64,000 nt of DNA from Podarcis muralis (Eukaryota): NCBI RefSeq assembly GCF_964188315.1, contig NC_135658.1, forward strand, positions 64,728,001-64,792,000. Direction: 5' to 3'. Shown here in pieces: positions 14,046-26,279 of this stretch. The notes under the pieces are model-generated. The model made no database searches. It had not been told where the DNA came from and worked only from the letters and a program-made list of their open reading frames with translations. How positions within the stretch are numbered: the stretch's first letter is position 1; the number at the start of each line of letters is the position of its first letter. The position numbers and the translations under genes were made by a program.

Positions 14046-15473
14046 TTAAGATGGGCTTTTTAATGGCATCAAGTAAATACTTTCAATTTGCATTCAACTC
14101 CTTATTGATAATGGACTCACTCTATGATTTAGTAGTAATAATGATATTATAAAAATACCTTTATTGTCAATGTACAACCTGTGTACAATGAAATTAACCA
14201 CAGTAGTAGTAGTAAGGGGGAACAGTCGGGTATTATTTAATGTGGCAATTTCATGGGTAGCTTGTCTTCCTTGCTATTCTAGATGAACTATGATCACAAC
14301 TAACAGGCAATAAGTCAGTGGCTCAAATGCAGGAAAGATGTGTTACTTTTGAGCTGCAGAGCCTCTCACTTCCATGCTAATAAAATGGCATTGTAGGAGA
14401 TGTCAAGTAACTATGGCAAGCTTCTCTTCAAGTGCATTTCCCATTAAAAGGCTGACAAAAATGGTCTAAGAGGAATCATCATCTTACTCAAGTGAAACAG
14501 ACATGTTGCCAATTGAGAGGGTGCCTTGGACAGCAGCTTATAGTAAAATGGTTTGGGGGGGTAGGGAGAGGCACAGCTGGCTTCTGTGGTGGAATAATAT
14601 GGAAAACTTTCAACCACCACTGCATTTCCATGTTGAACGTTTGCCTGTTCAAGGCAAAGGGAAATAAAGATGGCAATGGCTAGCCAGATAAGGTGCATTG
14701 CCTTTAAGCACAATGGGGACCTGCAACAAAATACTGCAGTATATCCTCATCTGCAAAGAAGAATGCTCCTGCTCAGAGTTCCAGTCAGTCATGGCTTCAT
14801 CAGAAATATGGTAAACCATAAGGGGCTCAAGCAGGCCCCGCCCATTTCTGTTCTAACTGACACCCAGCATTCTGAGGCTACTGAGTTTGCTCAGTTTTCA
14901 GCATGTTGTTTTGCCCCAGGGCTTTTTTAATACGTTCTTTTGTACTTCAGTAACCACTGGAGTTTTACTGAGCATGCTTATATATCCTCCTCGTTTCCTG
15001 GTGGCCCCATCTTGGCTCTTTCTGATGCTGCGCCTCCACCTGAGTTTGCTATTAGAGTGATCTGTGGACAGGTATGGGAATGACTATTTACAATCAGTTT
15101 TCAATAAATGACAATAGGAAATATTTTTCCCCAAATGTTATTTAGCTATACCATCTGAATAGCAAATAAAGAAATAGATATAGTACTCCTACATCAGAAT
15201 TTGCCGCAATCCAGAGGAATATTTCAGGCCCAGAAGTTTAAGTGTGTTTCAACTAGAATGGTTTCCTCACTTATTTTAACAAAGGTAGGAATTTTCCCTT
15301 GAACACTTTCTTTGCTGTGAAAATTTTAGTGCCCTTCCTTAAAATGAATGGTGGTTCCATGTGCAAACTGCAGGATCTATTTATTTAAATAAACATGTAA
15401 GAACCTCTAAATTTGAGGTGATTTGATGCAAGAAAGTTGGGTGTGACTAACAGCCTAATACTGTTTATATTTA

Positions 15474-15715
15474 CAGTGGAACCTCAGTTTACAGACGCTT
15501 CAGGTTACAGATGCTTCAGGTTACAGACTCCACTAAACCAGAAATAGTACCTCGGGTTAAGAACTTTGCTTCAGGATGAGAACAGAAATCGTGCTCTGGC
15601 GGCACGGCTGCAGCGGGAGGCCCCATTAGCTCAAGTGGTACCTCAGGTTAAGAACAGTTTCAGGTTAAGAACAGACCTCCGGAAAGAATTAAGTTCTTAA
15701 CCTGAGGTACCACTG
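15474..15715. mobile_element. Tigger-like MITE, family A, inverted relative to the other copies
   Basis: Same TIRs and TA flanks; interior is the reverse complement of the 8792 copy. Confidence 0.9.
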
Positions 15716-16572
15716 TACTTGAAAGCAAGGCACATTTATTTCAATGAAATTTGCTTCTAAGGAGACATGTTTAGAATTACTTGCTAACTCTCATTGAAAT
15801 CTCATTCACTATCATGGAAAAATTAAAAACCAGTTTAACTTCTTCTTTAGGATGAAATCTGCAAGCATAGCAGCCCCTCCAAAGTAGATAAAGCTTATAA
15901 CATTAGGTTATTGTGCTGGGTACTTTTCACGTTTCTTAAAGGAATCATCTATAAGTTTTGTTATTTGTTTTTAAATTTGGTTTGGCAGAATTGGATGAAA
16001 TTTGCACACTTGTTACTTTTAAAGGAATGAATCCTACCAAGCTTCAGATGGATAGATGCAGCAGTTTCCCCACGAGGGCACTATTTACAGCTGGGGATGG
16101 TTCAAGAAAGGATTCACTTAATCTCCCCTACTTTTGGTGAGCAATTTGAATGAAAAATGAGTGAGGAGCCTCTAGGTGAGAAACCTGTCAAATTGCAGGT
16201 AATTGGTCTTATGCTGGGCACCTTTAAAGTCGATGGGGGAAGAATACTAAAAGAGACTCGCTTCCTTCCCTGTGGTTTTGTCGATTTAATTATGAAAAGG
16301 GGCATGCATAATAAAGGTACCCCACGGAAAGTAACTTGCAAAATTTCAGGAGGATTCATGCAAGGGTTAGGGAGTTATGATAAATGGAAGGGGGGGCGGG
16401 AAGCTTCAGGCTTGTGTTCTGCTGAATTAGCACCAAAAGCTGATTTGACTGGGCATGTGGGCACAGAAGAGGATGTTCTAAGCAAGCCCCACTAGCAGAA
16501 AGAGTGCAGAACAAACAAGAACTAGGTGAAACAGTCACCTTTAGGGAAGGGATATTGAAATAGTGTTATTGG

Positions 16573-16926
16573 TAAAGGTAAAGGTACCCCTGACCATTAG
16601 GTCCATTCGTGACTGACTCTGGGGTTGCGGCGCTCATCTCGCTTTATTGGCCAAGGGAGCCAGCATACAGCTTCCGGGTCATGTGGCCAGCATGACTAAG
16701 CCGCTTCTGGCGAACCAGAGCAGCGCACAGAAACGCCGTTTGCCTTCCCGCCGGAGCCGTACCTATTTATCTAATTGCACTTTTGACGTGCTTTCAAACT
16801 GCTAGGTTGGCAGGAGCAGGGACCGAGCAACAGGAGCTCACCCCGTTGCGGGGATTCGAACTGCCGACCTTCTGATCGGCAAGTCCTAGGCTCTGTGGTT
16901 TAACCCACAGCGCCTCCCACGCCCCC
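16573..16926 (-). mobile_element. Sauria SINE, full length
   Basis: Reverse complement of the 12339 copy; 11-bp TSD agtgttattgg (16562-16572 / 16927-16937). Confidence 0.92.
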
Positions 16927-19453
16927 AGTGTTATTGGAGACCATGGTACAATCATTGCCTCTTATTAAAAGCCTGACCTGTCAGTCACAAGAGAGTTCTC
17001 CTTCCTCCACCATGACATTTGTTATTGTGGTGAGCCCTGGGAGCAATATTTCAGTTTTTGAAAGCACACTGCCTACAGAGTTTCTACTCTATCCAAGTCT
17101 CTAAATCACCCTGCATCACTTTAGAGATCCCTGCTTTAGTTCAGAGTGCTTTGTGGAGATCTAGCTCTGGCTCCGGCAAGCCCTGAATCTGTCTGAAGTA
17201 GTTTTCAGATCAGGGTTCAGGAGTCACCTGATGCACATCTCCAACAAGTACACAAAGAGAAAGCCAAATCAAATATTTAGAGACCATTTTCTACAATGGG
17301 ACCGATAATCCGACATAAAAGCACTGACCTATGTCCAATTATGGTTTTTCCCCCCCTCCTCCAAAGCAGCTGGAAAAGCCATTACACCTGATGGCAATCA
17401 AAAGGAAGCAGCAGTGCTGATCCGACTAACATTTAGAAAATCTTTCATTAAATGATTTAACTGGGTAAAGACTAAAAAAATTGCTTCTCTTTCAAAAGAA
17501 CTGCATGGCAGGATTTTAATTAAAGTGAATTAATATGGTATTTTCATTAATAATGCAGTGAAAAAGAACAAATCATGTGAGGGGAATTTAAGGAAGAAAA
17601 ATACCCCTCAATTCTCTCCTTGCCCGACTGATTCTCACTTTTCTTCCATAACCCCTTTTGTTACTCAGTGTAAATAGTTGATTAAAAATCCCCTAAAGTA
17701 TTAACAGATGAGTAGCCTTACAGAATTATTCTGAAATATATCTTCTCTCATGTTAATCATTTTTTGAGCTCCTTGGTTTTTGCCTATTCATTTCCTTGCC
17801 TTCTGAAAAACCGTATTGTTGACCCTATAAGAACAAAGACAGCAGTCCTAGACCCAGTTACCTGGGAGTAACACATGTATTGTAGGAGCACAGATAAAGA
17901 CTTTTGTCCCTGATGCACAGCTAATAGCCCATTGCTTGATATACATCTCCATATCCAGCAAAACAGGTGTCCAGCCAGTGCATAGGGTGTGATGGAAATG
18001 AAGATATATATCTGCATTCTGCACATAGAGAGCTACTTCTGTGTGCAGTTCTCACTAGTTGATTGGGACGTTTGCCTTACTTTGCTCTTGAAGGTATTCA
18101 GAACCCATTTTCACATTTTCTCTGCCTTCCCTTTGAGCTAAACCTGAGCTTTCCCCCATGTCTTAAGTCGATATTCTATTGGCAGCACAGCCTGCCCAAA
18201 AGCCAATCTCCCTTTCCCTGAGTCAGCAGAACTACTTAAGCTTTCTCTTCGATGCTCATTGTTAGATGGAAACTTCAACAGATTGTTGAGATAGGTCCTT
18301 AGCCCCCTGAGTCTATGACATCATCCACTTCAAAGGGCTTCCTCTCTTGATAAGAAGGGAGTTTAATCAATGTGGCTGTCTGGAGACAGCCTTCTGGCCT
18401 TTTGACTGCTTGACTGACCAGTTTCCATGGATACCTGCTACTGACCGCCTTGGCCCAGCTGAGACACAGACATAATTTTGCTTTCCATGAACAATGAAAG
18501 TAAATCCTTAGGTCACAAGTAACTCAAGACCAATTCGTGGAGGAGAGGGCTATCAAGGGCTACTCGCAAGGTGGCTTTTTCCACGCCACCCTCTCTGAAC
18601 TGCTTTACGAGGCTGGGATCATTTTCAGAAGGCCATTCCGGTGGGGTGACCCAAAAGGGGCAATTCTAATTCAGGTTCAGTTGTTGGCAATGTTTCAACA
18701 TCCACGTCTTTATTTCTCCAGGCTTTTGGTTGTTAACTGCGCCTTTTGACAGCGAGAGTTTATTGTCTGCTGCATTGCTTTTTAAAGGTTGCTTTTTATA
18801 ATCTTAATGGCTATATTATAATATTTGCATTGTGTTTCAAGATTGCTGCTAGCTGTCCTGGGCTCCATATAAATAAATAAGAGAGGAAAATATCGAGCAT
18901 GTAAAAATATCCCAATCCACAATACAATCATGTAAACAAAATGGTACTGTAGGAGTTAAGGTTAAAATCTGATGCATAGTTTTACTCCTTACATTCGACA
19001 CTATTGTAGACGAATTAATATCATATACGCATCATTTCTGAGATCAGAGATTCTCATGTAACATGTCGCCTTGCTTCTTTTTAACTGAAAGCTTTGATAA
19101 TATATTGAATAGGACCTATGCTTTGGTTAGGATGATCACTGGGGAATCTAAAATGTCTTATTTTAAATTGGATAAAGTGGTTTGATTAGCAAAACAGGCT
19201 CCTACTGCAGGAGTTTTGAACAACGGCTATGTTCTATTTTTGAAGGCGGAAAACGAGAGCCATTTTGCTGGTGTACATTTTCCCAATGTGCCACTGTAAC
19301 CTTCGGTAACTCCAGTTCCTACAATTAGAAACATCTTTTAAAAAATAAATATGCACTAACATGGTGTGAAGCTGAGGGGAAAGGTGAATAATTCAAAAAC
19401 AAGAGCTGTGTGGATATGTGAGCAGCAGTTCAAATCAAAAACACTTTGCAGTA

Positions 19454-19704
19454 CAGTCATACATTGGAAGTTGAATGGAATCTGTTCCAGATGTCCATTC
19501 GACTTCCAAAGCATTCAACTTCCAAATTGCGGCTTCTGATTGGCTGCAGGAACGTCCTGCAGCCAATTGGAAGCCATGGAAGCCCTGTCGGACGTGCGGC
19601 TTCCAAAAGAACATTCAAAAACTGGAACTGTCACTTCCGGGTTTTGACCATTCGGGAGCCAAAACGTCCGAGTTCTGGGGTGTTCGACAACCAAGGTACA
19701 ACTG
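19454..19704. mobile_element. Tigger-like MITE, family B
   Basis: Ends cagtcatacattgg / ccaaggtacaactg with TA flanks; homologous to 48741-48987. Confidence 0.8.
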
Positions 19705-21088
19705 TATTGCAAAGGTTTAGAGGTGCAGTTCTGTACTATAAAGCAGGAGTTCCCAAACTGTGGACTGTGATCCACCAGTAGGCCACAAGCTTCATTCAGG
19801 TGGTCTGTGGCAACCTGTGGCAGGTCTGTGAAGAACGCTTACAGTTTGAATCATATGGAATATAAGAAAGAAACGAAAATGCAGTTAAAAAGCATATGGC
19901 ATGTAGAATTCTGCAATTGTTGCATGAGTGGGCAGGATGATAATCACTAAGCGCTTCAGAAATGTTCAAGTGGTCGGTGTGGAAAGTAAGTTTAGAAACC
20001 ACTGTGGTTGATGTTTTCCACAGAGAAGGTATTGACAATTGTAAGTGGTACAGCCAACGCATGAGGATAACATTGTCATTGTTAAAGTTCGTGACTGGCC
20101 ACCCATAGTGCATTCCTATACATGCATGCTTAGAAGTCCCATCGTGCTCAGTGGGGCTTACTCCCAGATAAATGTGAATAGGAATGCAGCCTTAAACTTT
20201 CTACCATTGAAATGATTGGCAAAGCCACCATTATTTCTTCAGTGTCGTGAAATGAGCAGACCTCATAGAATAAACAAACTATAACAGAAATGCCAGGTGC
20301 ATGTTGAGAATCTATTGGAAAAGTCCATTTGAGTTGATTTAAAATTCTGAGCAAATGGATGTGTAAATGGGTCTTGCGTGTGAACATATCAGAATCTGTG
20401 CTAGGCATTTGGTAAAGTAATAGCCATAGGAAAATATAATGAATTCAGAGGAAGCATACTGCACAACATTTAAATGCATCCTTGTATTTGGAAACTGAAT
20501 GCTATCCAAACATAAGTTCCATGTATTATTGCTGTGCATACACATCAGGGAAACGCCTACAAACAAACAAAAGCCCTCTTCTAAAGCTCAATTTTTAAAT
20601 TGGACAAGGCAGAGGGCCTTGATGGGCACCAAGAGGAGTATTTAAGCACAGTGCCCATGGCTGCCACATTGGGGGTCCCAGTCTTAGCTTCTGATGCAGC
20701 TGCATGGGCAACTGAGTACAACTGTGTGTGTATGTCATATATTCTTCCTGTTCACCCATGACACATAAAACAATAACATGGAGAAGGGCCCTGCAACAGT
20801 TACTTGTTTCTTATTTTAGACTTGCGTACTCTGCCTCCCCCCCCCCCCCGCCATGAACGCAAAGCGGTTTACACCATGAAAACACACATAGAAGGATATC
20901 CACTATAAAACTACACACACTCCATAAAAATGAATATCGCAAGAGAAGATGACTGAGTCCTGGTATTCTGGAAAGCTTTTATTATATTATATAGTTTACA
21001 AAATCCCTCTACTTCAACAAATTAGCAGTCATTTCCATTCCCTTAAAAATAAATGCACACACAAAAAATTGTATACAACAATCATTCA

Positions 21089-21110
21089 TTTTAATCCTGT
21101 ACTATTTATT
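21089..21110 (-). promoter_or_regulatory. Candidate PHEX polyadenylation signals (AATAAA then ATTAAA)
   Basis: First canonical AATAAA I found downstream of the stop (21110-21105), followed by ATTAAA (21094-21089) and then a U/GU-rich stretch (ttgttgtatacaattttttgtgtgtg). Would give a UTR of about 1.6 kb. An earlier ATTAAA at 22127-22122 is an alternative. No transcript evidence. Confidence 0.35.
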
Positions 21111-22720
21111 CCTGAAGTAGTTATGTAACGACAACGAAAATGGCAGGAAACATGAGAAGCCGGCTACAACTCTTTAATCCTTTACATTGTCTGCAGCAGC
21201 AGGAATGCTGCTCCTTTCACAGTGCACCTACAACACTCTGAGTATTCCTAATTATGTTTACTCAGAGATAAGTCCTGTTATTGAATTCAATGGGGCTTAC
21301 TGTCAAATAAGTGGGGTTAGGATTGCAGCCTAACCCATAGCTCCTATTTGAAATCAATGGGACAAGTTATTCGTGACTTAAGTTTCCACTGAAATAAATG
21401 GGATTAAGTGCAACTAACTTTGTCTACATCCAGCCCTGACTATATATATGTACTGAAGGTTTTATATGTGCCTAACCAAAATCCTAAAGAAATGCTGTTC
21501 TCCAAGGTGCGGGGAGTGGGTGCGTTCCTGAATCTGAACTATACATTTCACAGTTCTTTTACTTAATGAGTTTAACATCCAGGATCTACAACCAATGGGC
21601 AGAATCAGCATGGTTACAGGAAAGATCAGAATGTGGAGTCAGATATTTGCTTTCTGCTTTTATAGGAGTGGTTCCCTGCTGAAGAGAGAAATCTGCTTTT
21701 GCTTTGGTCCTAGTTGCTAAATGCAGTAAGACATTCTCAGCCAAAGTTTGAGCAGAAGGGGATGGCTGAAAGTTATGGGGTGGGAGGGATAAGAATTGAA
21801 ATTAGCGAAGCGAAAAAGAAAGAATTCCTCTTTCCTTTCTGGTCTTAGTAACCGTTTTTGCCTCAGACTTAGAATTAAGATTTATGTACCCTTACACAGA
21901 CACTGTTCCACATTCTTCAGCTTAGAGGAATGTGGAAATAGTGCTAGCATACAATATGCACATCTGCATTCCAGGAAGGACAGAACACAGGAAGGGCATA
22001 CCTGAAGTCCAGACCGGATCATCACATGTATCTTTTATCACCAGGGAAGAAACAGCTCAGAGGGTTAGTGGAATTTTAAACAGGAAAAACAGCAGAGTAG
22101 GAAAGGATAAAGCAACCACATTTTAATCTTCTCTTCCTTCAAAGCTATTTTTGATCAAGGGGGGAAATAATAGAAAACATATGTGACAGGAAGTTTTGGA
22201 TGTTTTCCCTCCACTTTAAACAGCATCATGGCCACCACACCAAGTTTGTCCACTATGGTCTTCTGTAAAGCGCAAGTGTGCCATTTAAACCTTGTTAACT
22301 TAAGCCTGCAATATCACTACACTTACATGTGAGTAAAGCCCAATGAATATAGTGGGACAAGCTTCAGAATAAAGATACATAGAGATAAACCTGCTTAAAT
22401 CACAGAGTAGAAAGTATTTATGAAAATAACCCATAAGAAACTATTCATCTGCATACATTTCTCTGAAAAGATCTGCCCTTTTTTTACTCTCTATATTTTG
22501 AATAGTTTCTATATCCTGAACAAGCAATTAAATAGTAGATCTGGGCAGGTCACCCACAGGTATCAGGGCACACGAAACAACAAATCTGGTCCCTGGTTGG
22601 CCAAGGCTGTTCTGAAGCAGCAGTAGCTCATTAACAGTTTGGAACTGTCCCAATAAGGGAGTGATTCCAGCAGGTGACTTCTTCAACATAGGACACTGGA
22701 GAGATTGCTACCAAACCTTG

Positions 22721-22823
22721 CTACCAAACCCGACAGGAGTCTCCACCTCGATTCATTGTTGTTGATTCTGGGCAGTTGAAAGCTTTCTGGAACTCCTCAA
22801 AATTACTCATAGCACCAATAACT
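22721..22823 (-). CDS. PHEX: PHEX terminal coding exon (exon 22 equivalent), [33 protein letters not shown]
   Basis: Acceptor ccttcctcccctgcag, 103 nt to TAG at 22723-22721. The C-terminal C-R-x-W is typical of PHEX/M13 enzymes. Confidence 0.96.
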
Positions 22824-22975
22824 CTGCAGGGGAGGAAGGAAAGAAAGATAAGTGGACTCTTCTCCAGACTTTTGGAGATGTTGTTTCTTCAGATTCATGA
22901 GGTATCCAGTTTGGACACTGTGTTCAATCATAGCTTGAATGGGATGCAACTGTGTTGATCTATATATTATATGTA

Positions 22976-23055
22976 CAGGGCGAGTCCTTTAAAAGAGGCC
23001 CCGTGGATACAGAGTACACGTGTTCCACGGGGCCTCTTTTAAAAGACTCACCCTG
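22976..23055. mobile_element. 80-bp mariner-type foldback MITE
   Basis: 32-bp inverted arms (2 mismatches) around a 16-nt spacer, TA on both sides. Confidence 0.85.
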
Positions 23056-23939
23056 TATATGTTACATACATGTTTATCTATGAAAATGCCATAGCCCACT
23101 CAACCACTTCAATCTGCTGAACTGGCACTGTTACAGGTCCCCCATAATCCCCATTGTTTGTGGCTAGTAAATTGATATTTTAGTTTCTTCACTGTACTCT
23201 TTTTAGTGCCTGCTAAAAAACAATTATTTAGACTAGCTTACCCAGATATGTAGAATGTTGGTGAGTGTTTTCATCTGTTTTTCATTTATGGCTAATTTTA
23301 ATTTTTTGCATGCTGCAAATATTATTTTTTTGTCAATTATTTTTTTCTCTTTGTAAACCACTTTGAGAATTTTTGCAACCAAGCAGTATATAATATGTGT
23401 GTGTGTACACTCACTCTCACACACACTCTCTCTCACACACATATATATGCAGTAGTATGTATACCCAATAAAAAAAATATATTCTGACAGCTGAAAAGTA
23501 ATGCAACTTTCAGCTTTTAATTAGAAATGCAAACAATCTTGCAAAGAACTGTTCCAATATAAACTTCTAAAGCACAGCAGGAACCCCCAACACAGCATGT
23601 AATAAAAACAATTTAAAATGCACAAGCCTGCATGCTTGCGTGGTGGTCCAAGCTGGTGCCTGAGCCAGGTTGCTTCATGGAAGGGCCACCTCTGTCAGGA
23701 GTATTTAGCTTTTACCCATTCTATATTCATAGGGAAAGTTTATGCAATGATTTGTTGTTGTTTCTTAAAGAGAGCATTTGCATAGAGAGAGCCCCAGCAA
23801 CTACAGTTAGCAATCCTAACACCTGAGTTTTGTCAAAACAGAAGAACAGCATCGTGTTCTCACATGGGCCAACCAAGATGCCTGTGAGAAACCAGCAAGC
23901 AGAACAAGAGCACACACAAGAGCATCATTCTCTCCTTCT

Positions 23940-24165
23940 GCTGTTTCCAGCAACTGGCATTCAGAAGCACTGCTGCCTCTCATCATGGAGTCTGAGCACA
24001 GCCATCATGGTGAGTAAACGTCAAATCCTTGAATTTGGCTTATCCTTTATTCAAGATCACAAGCTGCAACATTCCCTCATAGAGGAGTTGCTCCACCACT
24101 TGGCTCATTTTGGTTGCCCTTTTCTGAACCTTTTCTAACTCTACAATATCCTTTTTGAGGGTATT
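23940..24165 (-). mobile_element. CR1 LINE fragment, interrupted by a hAT MITE and resuming near 25259
   Basis: ggttgcccttttctgaaccttttctaactctacaatatcctttttgagg is CR1 RT-region sequence; acaatgttccaaatg...atttgta at 25259 continues it. Approximate. Confidence 0.6.
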
Positions 24166-25258
24166 CAGGGCTGGATTTAGGTTTGATGAGCCCCTAAGGT
24201 AATGGGTTTATATGTCCAGCTGTCCTTTGTCAACAACAAATTGTTGCTGTTTTTTGTGCTGAATATATGCTATATGGTAATTTATGGACCTAATAGGTAT
24301 CTAAAGCCATTTGCACATAATAGGAGCCTACACAACACAAAACACTGTTGCTGTATGTAGGTTTTATTTTATTTGTTTTTTATCTTACATTTTGGAAATG
24401 TACATCCAGGTTTTTTTCCCTTTAACTTTTTTGGGGGGCCCCAAGATCATGGGGCCCTAAGCTATAGTTTGTTTAGCTTATACGTACCATATTTTTCGCC
24501 CTATAGGACGCACTGGCCCATAGGACGCACCTAGTTTTCAGGGGGGGAAATCAAGGAAAAAATGATTCCCCCCCCCCCCCCGCAGCTCTGAGAGCAGTGG
24601 ACAGGCTGCACGCAGCATGTGCGCTACTCCAAGACCTTCTCCCTGCTTTTGCGGGAGGTGGCGGAATTCCCCCACCTCCCACAAAAGCCCACAGGAGCCC
24701 CGCATGACTCCTGCGGGCTTTTCGACCAGGAGGGAGAAGGGACTGAAATGGCCAGTCAATCCCTTCTCCCTCCTTGGGGAAAAGCCCCCAAGAGCCGCGT
24801 GCTCTTTAAAGGGTGCACGGCTCCTGCAGGCTTTTCTAGGAGGTGGGGGAATTCCCCCACCTCCTAGAAAAGCCAGCAGAAGCTGCGGAGCCCCTTTAAA
24901 GAGCGCACGGCTTTTGCCTGCTTTTGCGGGAGGTGGGGGAATTCCCCAATCTCCCGCAAAAGCCCAAAGGAGGGTTGGAGAGTAGCGGGAAGGCGTTACG
25001 CACCTTCCTGCTGCCCCCCCATCCTCTGGGGCTGGCGATGGGGGAAGCGCTGCTTTCCCCCACCGCCAGCCTCAAAGAGCAGACTCTCCTGGCTTCAGCG
25101 GAAGCAACGCGAAGCCTCCGGAGCGCAGGCTTCGCATTGCTATTGTTGAAGCCAAGGATTCTGCATTCGCCCCATAAGACGCACGCACATTTCCCCTTCA
25201 TTTTTGGAGGGGAAAAAGTGCGTCTTATAGGGCGAAAAATACGGTAAATCCGGCACTG
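24166..25258. mobile_element. hAT-like MITE carrying Tc2-like copy 1
   Basis: TIRs cagggctggattt / aaatccggcactg (2 mismatches). Removing 24487-25246 rejoins gcttatacgta|aatccggcactg. Confidence 0.65.
24487..25244. mobile_element. Non-autonomous Tc2-like (CCGTATTT-ended) DNA transposon, copy 1
   Basis: TIRs cc(a/g)tatttttcgccctata(g/a)gacgcac, TA flanks, GC/CpG-rich palindromic interior. The family label rests on CCGTA termini, as in TcMar-Tc2 elements. Confidence 0.8.
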
Positions 25259-26036
25259 ACAATGTTCCAAATGCAGTCATATCTTATATTTGTAGGCTTT
25301 ATTATCCGTGGCTTTGTTTTCAATTGCTTTCCTAATGTTCTCTAGCATGGAATTTGCCTTTCTCACAGCTGCCACTCATTAGGTCAGTACCTCCATTAAG
25401 CTATCAGCTACAGCCCCGAGGTCTCATTCATCCAACCACCAGTTGGAATCCAGAGAAAAAAGGCAACAGGGTCTTCATTCATTGTTAAATGTACATTTTA
25501 GCTACCTTTTATTAATCTGCTTCCTAAAGTAAACAACACTAATATTGTCAATCGCCTTTTGAACCACACTTTAGACATGTGCTTAATCATACTTGTTACC
25601 CCTTGTCTGAACTGCCTTCAGATCAGCAATCTCATCTTGGCAATGAGGTGACCAGAACTCCACACAATATTCTTGACGAGGGCACATTGCTAATTGGTCT
25701 AATGGCATTATAATCCTCTCTGTGTTATGCCTTGATATCCGGCTTGTTCATTGCCTGAGGCAGCATATTAAACAAGGATCTCAACAGTAGTGCCCCTAAT
25801 TTTAGCCTGATCTTTTCCCCTGAGTTATTAACGTATTACCTACATAATAGTGATTTCTATGTGCTTAATTTAAATTACACTGTGGGATCATTCAGTCTAA
25901 GACCCACTCAGAACAGACCCACTGAAATTAATAAACATGACTAAGTTAAATTTCAGTGGGTCTACTCTAAGTAATACCTAGTTGAATACCACCCTGCATC
26001 CCATCCCATCATATATTATATTACTAATAATATATA

Positions 26037-26232
26037 CAGTGGTACCTCGGGTTAAGAACTTAATTTGTTAAGGAGGTCTGTTCTTAACCTGAAGCACCAC
26101 TTTAGCTAATGCGGCCTCCTGCTGCCGCTGCACGATTTCTGTTCTCATCCTGAAGCAAAGTTCTTAACCCGAGGTACTATTTCTGGGTTAGCGGAGTCTG
26201 TAACCTGAAGCGTCTGTAACCCGAGGTACCAC

Positions 26233-26234
<2 letters not shown>
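26037..26234. mobile_element. Tigger-like MITE, family A
   Basis: cagtggtacctcgggtta TIRs, TA flanks. Confidence 0.9.

Positions 26235-26236
<2 letters not shown>

Positions 26237-26279
<43 letters not shown>

Noticed and set aside
16157-16495. 112-aa ORF
   Set aside because: No recognisable domain, no convincing splice context, and no support from composition.
17340-17760. TAAT-rich non-repeat blocks that look like conserved non-coding elements (also about 37490-37700 and 59220-59620)
   Set aside because: Conservation cannot be judged without alignments, and the motif content is compatible with AT-rich background.
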